32,000 nucleotides of DNA, from NCBI RefSeq assembly GCF_000018105.1, contig NC_009925.1, positions 90,001-122,000 on the forward strand, given 5' to 3'. The notes beneath the pieces are model-generated. The model was not told the DNA's origin, did no database searches, and saw only the letters and a list, made by a program, of their open reading frames with translations. This document shows positions 16,076 to 23,000 of this stretch, piece after piece. The translations under genes and the position numbers were made by a program. The number at the start of each line of letters is the position of its first letter. Positions within the stretch are counted from its first letter, which is position 1. This stretch comes from Acaryochloris marina MBIC11017. GTDB lineage: Bacteria > Cyanobacteriota > Cyanobacteriia > Thermosynechococcales > Thermosynechococcaceae.

Positions 16076-18868
16076 ATGCATCGGTTTTATCGCTGGGCTC
16101 ATTGGCCAACACTGTCTAGCTTGCTAATCCTTGGGCTTTCTTGCTATCCCCTATCATTGGCCTCAGCGGCCCCTACAGATTCCCAGCAATTCGCAGACTG
16201 GTGTAATAACAGTGCTCAACTCAAACCCAGTCAGAGGGCAACGATTTCTGCCCTACTCAAACAACTAGACACCACAGATTGCCAGCAGGCTGAACAACTG
16301 CTGAAGGCCAATCCAGGACTTAGCTTACAAGGTCAGGAGATATCTGACCTGAGCCCATTAGCTACCCTGCCCCATTTAACCAATCTCAATCTAACGGACA
16401 ACCAAATCAAGGATCTCAGCCCCTTAAGTCACTTACCCAATCTGAATTTCCTCCTGGCAGGTCGCAATCAAATTGAAGATGTATCCCCCCTAGCGAAGCT
16501 CCCTAATCTTAGTTATGTGGTTCTAGATCTAAACCAAATTAAAGATGTGAGCATGTTAAAGCCACTACAGAAGCTCACCGCCCTCAATGTTTTATCGAAT
16601 CCAATCCAGAAAAAACTGTGTCCAGTTGCGCCTAGTAGCATCTGCTTGTTTAGTGATGAGGCTCAAGATCAATTTGCAGCTGCTGAGCAACAATACCAAC
16701 AAGGCAACTTACGATTAGCCTTACAGAGTTTTCAAACCCTACAAAGCACATATCAGCAAAATAGCGATCGCCACAAACTAGGGGACACCCTTAACCGCTT
16801 AGGTGATATTCATCAGCAGTTGGGCAATTATCCCAAAGCTCTAACAACCTACGAACAAGCCTTTCAGCTCCGACAAGAGATTACCGATGAATCAGGAATC
16901 GTTGTTTCTCTGACCAGTCTAGCTTCCGTTTATGAACGATTAGCCCTCTATGCTAAAGCTCAAGATCTACTCCAACAAGCATCAGTTTCCCTGCGTAATC
17001 AAAACCCTTTTCGGCTAGATGGGGGAGGTGTATATGAACATGCTAAGGAAGAAGCATTGCTCTATGGTTGGCAAGCCCGGCTGTTTATTCGTCAAGGACA
17101 ACAGGCCAAAGCAATAAAAGCCCTAGATAAAGCTCAAGGTTTGTTCGACAACATTCCACCCGCCTTTCCGAATAAGCGTTTTCATGAACGCCTAATTAGG
17201 GAAACGCGAGGAGCAGCTCTACTTGGACTTGGACAAACGGATGCAGCTCTAACGGTGTTGCAGTCCGCTTTAGAAGTGGCCACAGAAATTGAGGATCAGG
17301 CGGGAATGGCATCCACCCTCAATCTGTTAGGTAAAGCCTACCGTCAAAAGGGAAATGAAAAACAAGCCCTCAAGGTTTTTCGGCAAGCCCTATCGATTCA
17401 TCAAAGCATTGAGAATCAACCAGGAGTGGGACTGACTCAACACAATATGGGAGAAACTTGGCTCCAATCAAAAGATTATGCCAAAGCCAGTAAGGCTTTA
17501 GCAAAGGCGGTTGACATTTGGGAGTCGCTGCGTCCAGGTTTAACGGATGCCAACAAAGTCTCTTTGTTTGAAACTCAGGTGATTACCTACTCCTATTTAC
17601 AAACTGCGTTAATTGCCTTGGAAAAGCCTGATCAAGCCCTGGAAGTTGCTGAACGAGGCCGCGCCCGGGCCTTTGTTGAGTTACTGGCGTCTCGCATTGG
17701 CGCTGACTCCTCCAGTCAATTCCAGCAGCCTAACCCACCTACGATTGATCAAATTCGCAATATTGCTCGCAGTCAAAAAGCCACTTTAGTGGAATATTCT
17801 CTGCTGCCAGAACAACTCCTAATTTGGGTGATCACGCCAGATGGGTTAGTCTCTTTGCGACCAGTGGATCTGAAGGAGTTATCGGAACAATCCCAGCAAT
17901 CCCTCCCTCAAATGGTGGCTGAAGCTAGACAAGCGATGGAAATGGGGGCTGGTACAGATGTGATGTCTCTTTCATTGGACGGTCTTCCCGTGGCTCAGTC
18001 CCCTGATCATTTGAGGCAGCTTCATCAGATTTTAATTGATCCGATCGCAGACTTGCTACCGAAAAATCCTGATGAGCGAGTCATCTTTATTCCCTATCGT
18101 GAGCTATTTATGGTGCCCTTCCCTGCCCTTGAAGGAGAAGACGGCCCTTTGATCGCCCGCCATACCATGCTCACAGCTCCTTCAATCCAACTGTTGCATT
18201 ATACAAAACAGCGACGACAGCAGTTACAACAGAGTCCTCAAAAAGCACTGGTAGTCGGCAACCCAGACATGCCCCATATCTCACCTGGCGTGGATCTACC
18301 TGCTGAACCCCTACTACCCTTACCAGGGGCTGAGCAGGAAGCAGTTAAGATTGCCTCACTTCTGGACACATCAGCCCTAACTGGATCGGATGCAACTGAA
18401 GCCTTGGTGACCGAACGGATGGCTAAGGCACCTGTGATTCATCTGGCGACCCACGGTCTTTTAGAGGAACTGAAGCATTTAGGATTTAGTATCCCAGGTG
18501 CGATCGCACTCACCCCTTCTGCCAAACTAAACGACGGCCTCCTCACCACATCAGAAATTCTCAATCTTGATCTCCAAGCAGAACTTGTTGTTCTAAGCGC
18601 CTGTAATACCGGAGTGGGGACCATTACTGGAGACGGAGTGATCGGCTTATCTCGAGCATTGATGGCTTCAGGTGCTCCCAGCTTAATCGTGTCTCTATGG
18701 GCCGTTCCCGATGCTCCAACCGCTAACCTCATGACCGAATTCTATACCCGCTGGCAACAAAATCCGGATAAAGCCCAAGCCCTTCGCCATGCCATGTTAA
18801 AAACCCGTGAACAGCACCCTGACCCTAGAGATTGGGCGGCCTTCTCCCTGATGGGACAAGCTGAATAA
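16076..18868 (+). CDS. signal-peptide LRR-TPR-CHAT domain protein (caspase-fold protease with leucine-rich and tetratricopeptide repeat sensor-like regions)
   Basis: The N-terminus MHRFYRWAHWPTLSSLLILGLSCYPLSLASA/AP looks like a Sec signal. Four 22-aa internalin-type LRRs follow (e.g. IKDLSPLSHLPNLNFLLAGRNQ). A long TPR-like region follows (LGDIHQQLGNYPKALTTYEQAFQL, LLGKAYRQKGNEKQALKVFRQAL...). The C-terminal CHAT domain has the dyad IHLATHG (His codon 18452-18454) and VVLSACNTG (Cys codon 18602-18604). Confidence 0.88.
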   Translation: MHRFYRWAHWPTLSSLLILGLSCYPLSLASAAPTDSQQFADWCNNSAQLKPSQRATISALLKQLDTTDCQQAEQLLKANPGLSLQGQEISDLSPLATLPHLTNLNLTDNQIKDLSPLSHLPNLNFLLAGRNQIEDVSPLAKLPNLSYVVLDLNQIKDVSMLKPLQKLTALNVLSNPIQKKLCPVAPSSICLFSDEAQDQFAAAEQQYQQGNLRLALQSFQTLQSTYQQNSDRHKLGDTLNRLGDIHQQLGNYPKALTTYEQAFQLRQEITDESGIVVSLTSLASVYERLALYAKAQDLLQQASVSLRNQNPFRLDGGGVYEHAKEEALLYGWQARLFIRQGQQAKAIKALDKAQGLFDNIPPAFPNKRFHERLIRETRGAALLGLGQTDAALTVLQSALEVATEIEDQAGMASTLNLLGKAYRQKGNEKQALKVFRQALSIHQSIENQPGVGLTQHNMGETWLQSKDYAKASKALAKAVDIWESLRPGLTDANKVSLFETQVITYSYLQTALIALEKPDQALEVAERGRARAFVELLASRIGADSSSQFQQPNPPTIDQIRNIARSQKATLVEYSLLPEQLLIWVITPDGLVSLRPVDLKELSEQSQQSLPQMVAEARQAMEMGAGTDVMSLSLDGLPVAQSPDHLRQLHQILIDPIADLLPKNPDERVIFIPYRELFMVPFPALEGEDGPLIARHTMLTAPSIQLLHYTKQRRQQLQQSPQKALVVGNPDMPHISPGVDLPAEPLLPLPGAEQEAVKIASLLDTSALTGSDATEALVTERMAKAPVIHLATHGLLEELKHLGFSIPGAIALTPSAKLNDGLLTTSEILNLDLQAELVVLSACNTGVGTITGDGVIGLSRALMASGAPSLIVSLWAVPDAPTANLMTEFYTRWQQNPDKAQALRHAMLKTREQHPDPRDWAAFSLMGQAE

Positions 18869-19007
18869 TCTGCCGAAAGGCTCTTTCTCTACGAGTGAAT
18901 AGGGGATGCCGCTTGGCCTTCTTCAGCAACTACAATGATTGGGTGTTGATTCAGACCAGTACGTGCAATGAGACACCAATCTAAACCTGAATTACTTCCT
19001 GAATTAA

Positions 19008-19030
19008 CCTGAAGTTTTCAGGATTTTTTC
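19008..19030 (+). terminator. weak candidate intrinsic terminator downstream of the CHAT gene
   Basis: CCTGAA-gtt-TTCAGG (6-bp stem) followed by ATTTTTTC. The stem is short and GC-poor. Confidence 0.3.
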
Positions 19031-19162
19031 TGCCATTTGACTTTGGGATAGTGGGCTTAATCGCGAAGCACACCAATCCAGGCAATCCCGACCTGCAAAA
19101 CGATGCAAACCAGGAGAGCCAATAAAACTTCGCTCTATTCCAAGCCAAATAGGAGCAGCACA

Positions 19163-19753
19163 ATGACTCAACAACTGAAGCGACGAGCCAAATTTGTAGG
19201 ACTATTAAGCACAACACTCCTAGTTCTGACCTCACCCATCGCCTCAGCCCAACGCTATCAACCTTCCAACAGTGAGCTAGAAGAACTCCATGAGGTTGCG
19301 GCTGATCATTTAGACATGGTCCAAGCCATTTCCATCAGAGAAGGGGTTGAATACTGCGGGTTTTTCGGATTTTACCCAGGTGGACCATTTGCTGGGACTT
19401 CCCCCAGACGGGGGCGAGCCGATAGTTGCGAACCGAATAATCCACCTCCCGGTTTCACTGTACTTGCCTCATACCATACACATGGGTCCTATACCATGGA
19501 TGCCGATACGGAGGTTCCTTCAGTAGATGACTTACAGGCTGATATCCAAGAACAAATTTATGGATATGTTGCCACACCTGCAGGGCGAGTTTGGTTTAAT
19601 AACCCCGAACGGCGTGAATCAGTCATGTTATTCGGTCCAGGCAGCGTAGTTAGTGATCCAAACTATCGAGAATGTCGGAATTTTGCTCCCAGAGCGCAAT
19701 ATACATTACCTCAACTCAGACAACGAGCTGTGAATGACCCAGGCGGATGCTAA
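19163..19753 (+). CDS. small secreted protein with a YHTHG motif (DUF4329-like as far as I can recall)
   Basis: The ATG at 19163 is preceded by AGGAG. The signal peptide is MTQQLKRRAKFVGLLSTTLLVLTSPIASA/Q. The core is EYCGFFGFYPGG...SCEPNNPPPGFTVLASYHTHGSYTMDADTEVPSVDDL...IYGYVATPAGRVW. The upstream start at 19103 lacks signal-peptide logic. Confidence 0.6.
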   Translation: MTQQLKRRAKFVGLLSTTLLVLTSPIASAQRYQPSNSELEELHEVAADHLDMVQAISIREGVEYCGFFGFYPGGPFAGTSPRRGRADSCEPNNPPPGFTVLASYHTHGSYTMDADTEVPSVDDLQADIQEQIYGYVATPAGRVWFNNPERRESVMLFGPGSVVSDPNYRECRNFAPRAQYTLPQLRQRAVNDPGGC

Positions 19754-20041
19754 TGTCAGTCCCCTAACCCCCCAGAGCAACCCTCAGTTTTGCCGTAAAT
19801 AGGTAAGTCTGGGGGCTTATTGTCAAGAAATGTAGAGAGCCGCCATCAGTTTTTTGGGCATCGGGTAAGTTGCAATTAAGGGTTTTTTGCTGATATCGAG
19901 TACGGGCTCATTATCGAGCATTTAGTACTCCTACATATTCTCTGATTGCGATTGTATTTTTTCGCAATCTAATTTGTGGTGTCGCCAGCACCCCCGCAAG
20001 TGAGATTGATCTAAAAATTGGAATGTGAGTGAGGTATCACG

Positions 20042-23000
20042 ATGGCTAGACGTCGTATTCTTGACCCTAGATTATTTCCGAATTGGGGTCAAGCCTTAAC
20101 CCTAAGTGTATTGATGGCGGGGCTATCCCCCCTGTCTACCATTGCCAAACCCACTACCTTAATTTCTCCTCTAGGACAACCCACTCCCTCAAAGACGGAG
20201 CGAATTGAGCCAGAGCCGATCTCCGTTCAAATCACTCCAATAGGTGATTTAGACCTTGCACTTAAACTCCCCCCCATACCCACCACAACCAGATCTAGCC
20301 TTCAAAACGACCCTGCACACCCTCCCCTTACCCCTCAGGAGAAGCCCTCAGAAAGCCATTCAATCCCCGAACCCTCTATCACAGATCTGCCCAATCCCCC
20401 TCTCACCTTAGCCGAAGCTGGATGGGTTCCTAATTCCCAGACTGTCCCAGTCTCTTCGATTCCGGTAACTCCCCCAACAGCCCAGGCCAGCCCAATAGCT
20501 CCTCCCCAAGCTTCTTCGGACGCTCCATCTCAGACACCAGAAGATCCCGAACCTTCAGCCAGCCTCGATATCCCCTACTTCGTCGATGCTGAATTTCGCG
20601 GTAGCACCCGTCGCCAGTTTGGCGTCCTCAACCTCCGCCTCCCCGTCTTCCAAGACGAAAAATCCTTTGCCTTTGCTGATGTCCACTTTGAAGCAGGTAG
20701 CAACGAAACCTTCCTGGGGAACCTCGGTCTCGCCTATCGCCGTGTCCTCAACACCGCCGAAGAGAATCCCTGGGTCCTCGGTACCTATGCCTTCTACGAC
20801 ACAACCCGCAGTGAAAACGGCTTTCAATATCACCAAGGTAGCCTCGGCGCAGAACTCATTAGCAAGAAATTTGAGTTTAGAGTCAACGGCTATCTTCCAG
20901 GCAGTAACTCTAAAGTGGTGGGTCAACGCACCGTGAATGGTGTCCTTAGCCTTCAACCTCGTGCTAATGGCCTAGGTGCGGACGTTGTCCAACAAACCCT
21001 GACACTAGAAACTCGGGAACGCGCCCTAGCGGGCTTCGACTTTGAAGTCGGCCATCGTCATCACTTTAATGACAAAGTCAGCCTTGGTCTCTTTGGTGGC
21101 TACTTCTTCTTTGATAGCAGCGCCACCAACAGTATCGACGGCCCCATGGCCCGTGCCCAACTCGAAGTCCAAGACCCCTTAGGCATGAATGGGGGACTCC
21201 TCCAAGTCGGCAGCCGCTTCCGCTTCGATGAAACCCGTGGATCCGAACTTGAAGGCTTTGTCCGCCTCGGGATTCCCTTTGGCGGCCCCCAACGATCTGA
21301 ACCCCTGAGTCTGACCCAGCGATTAGCTCGCCGCCCCATTGAACGCCACTATGAAATCACCACCTTTGCTCAGGACATCAATCTCCCCATCACCCTTACC
21401 GAACTGCAAGCTGCCCTTACCGGTCAAGGTACTCTTTCTCCAATGGGCCCACAGATTACTGCAGTGACACCTCCCCAAGTTGCACTAAATCCTGCGACTG
21501 GACAACCGATTAATATTTTCTTTGTCGATGGTGATGGTACAGCAGGTGATGGCACGCAAGATAACCCCCTGACAGTTGCTCAAGCTACCAGTGCCATCAC
21601 TCAAGCCAACGACATCCTCTTCTTCTTAGATGATGCCGGCACGATTAATACCCAAACAGGCCTAGGAAACTCCCTAACCCTAAAACCTGGACAACAAGCC
21701 CTTGGGGTAGGAACCACTCCCAACTTCGTCCTCACTGTACCTAACCTCGGCTCAGTCACCATCTTTGATGCCGGACAACCCCAACTGGTCAATGGTGCCA
21801 ACAACAACGTCCTCACCCTCGCCAATAACAACACCATTGATGGTCTTGCCTTCAACGGGCAAAACACTGCTCCTAGAGGAATCGCCGCCGTTACAGGAGC
21901 CACCAACACCACCATCCGTAACAGCAGCCTCAGCAATTTCACCGTCGCTGGTATTCAGATCACCCCCTCCACCAACACCACCATCGACAACGTCGTCTTT
22001 AATAACAACGCCACAGACGTTATCGTCAATGCCGCCAACACGACCTTAACCAACGTTGTGAGCACCAACGCCACAGGTCCCGCCATTCAGATCCTCAATG
22101 CTACGGGCACCACCACCCTCACCAATGTCGATATCTCTAACGCTGGTGGAGATGGTCTCCAGTTTGCTAATCCCTCCGGCACCATCACCGCAACGAATGT
22201 GGATATCACGAATGCGGGTGATAACGGCCTTGAGATTACGGACGGCGATGGCACCTTTACCTTTGATGTGGCTAGCTCGATTACCAATGCTACTAATGCC
22301 GCTGTCAATGTAGTCGGTGGCACCACCACGATTACTTACAACGGTACCATTACTCAAAACAATCCTGCGAGTGCCGTCAATATCACTGATAAGACAGGCG
22401 GCACCACCACCTTTAATGGCTTAGTCACCGCCAATACGAGTACAGCACCTGGCGTAAACCTGACCAACAATACGGGTAGTACGATTGCCTTCAATGGTGG
22501 CCTAGATATTGATACCACTACCGGTACCGGATTTAGCGCCACCAATGGCGGCACCGTCAATGTCACTGCCACAAGTGGGGATGAATCGGTTACTACGACC
22601 AGTGGCGCTGCCCTGAACCTCAGCAATATAGTGGCCAACATCACCTTTGATTCAGTGTCTTCGACCGGGGGAACGAATGGCATCAACCTGGATACAGTGA
22701 CAGGCTCGGTGGGTGTCTCTGGAACCACTACAATTGCCAACACGACTGGAGATGGGTTCTTAGCGACCAATAGTACAGGGACCTATACCTTTGGTCCTGT
22801 GACCATCACCAATGCTGGGTTAGATGGTGTGGATCTATCAGGAATTAATGATGCCACTACAGTGTTTAACTTGGGGGCATTGACGATTAATGGCTTTACA
22901 GGAACAGGGATTAATCTGGCGGGGGCGAATGTCGGCGTCACGGCTCCCACGGTGGCGATTACCAATACGGGCAACGTGGGCACGGGGATTGACCTGACGA

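Noticed and set aside
16076-18868. The TPR-CHAT protein as part of a type III-E CRISPR (Craspase-like) or other known defence system.
   Set aside because: The window contains no cas/gRAMP genes, no CRISPR array and no other recognisable defence genes. The protein also appears to be exported.
19103-19162. Upstream start codon for the HTHG protein (track start at 19103).
   Set aside because: The extension (MQTRRANKTSLYSKPNRSST) would bury the signal peptide. The ATG at 19163 has an AGGAG RBS and yields a canonical signal sequence.
18981-19235. 84-aa minus-strand ORF between the CHAT gene and the secreted-protein gene.
   Set aside because: It overlaps the 5' end and signal-peptide region of the better-supported plus-strand gene. 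It has no RBS or motifs.
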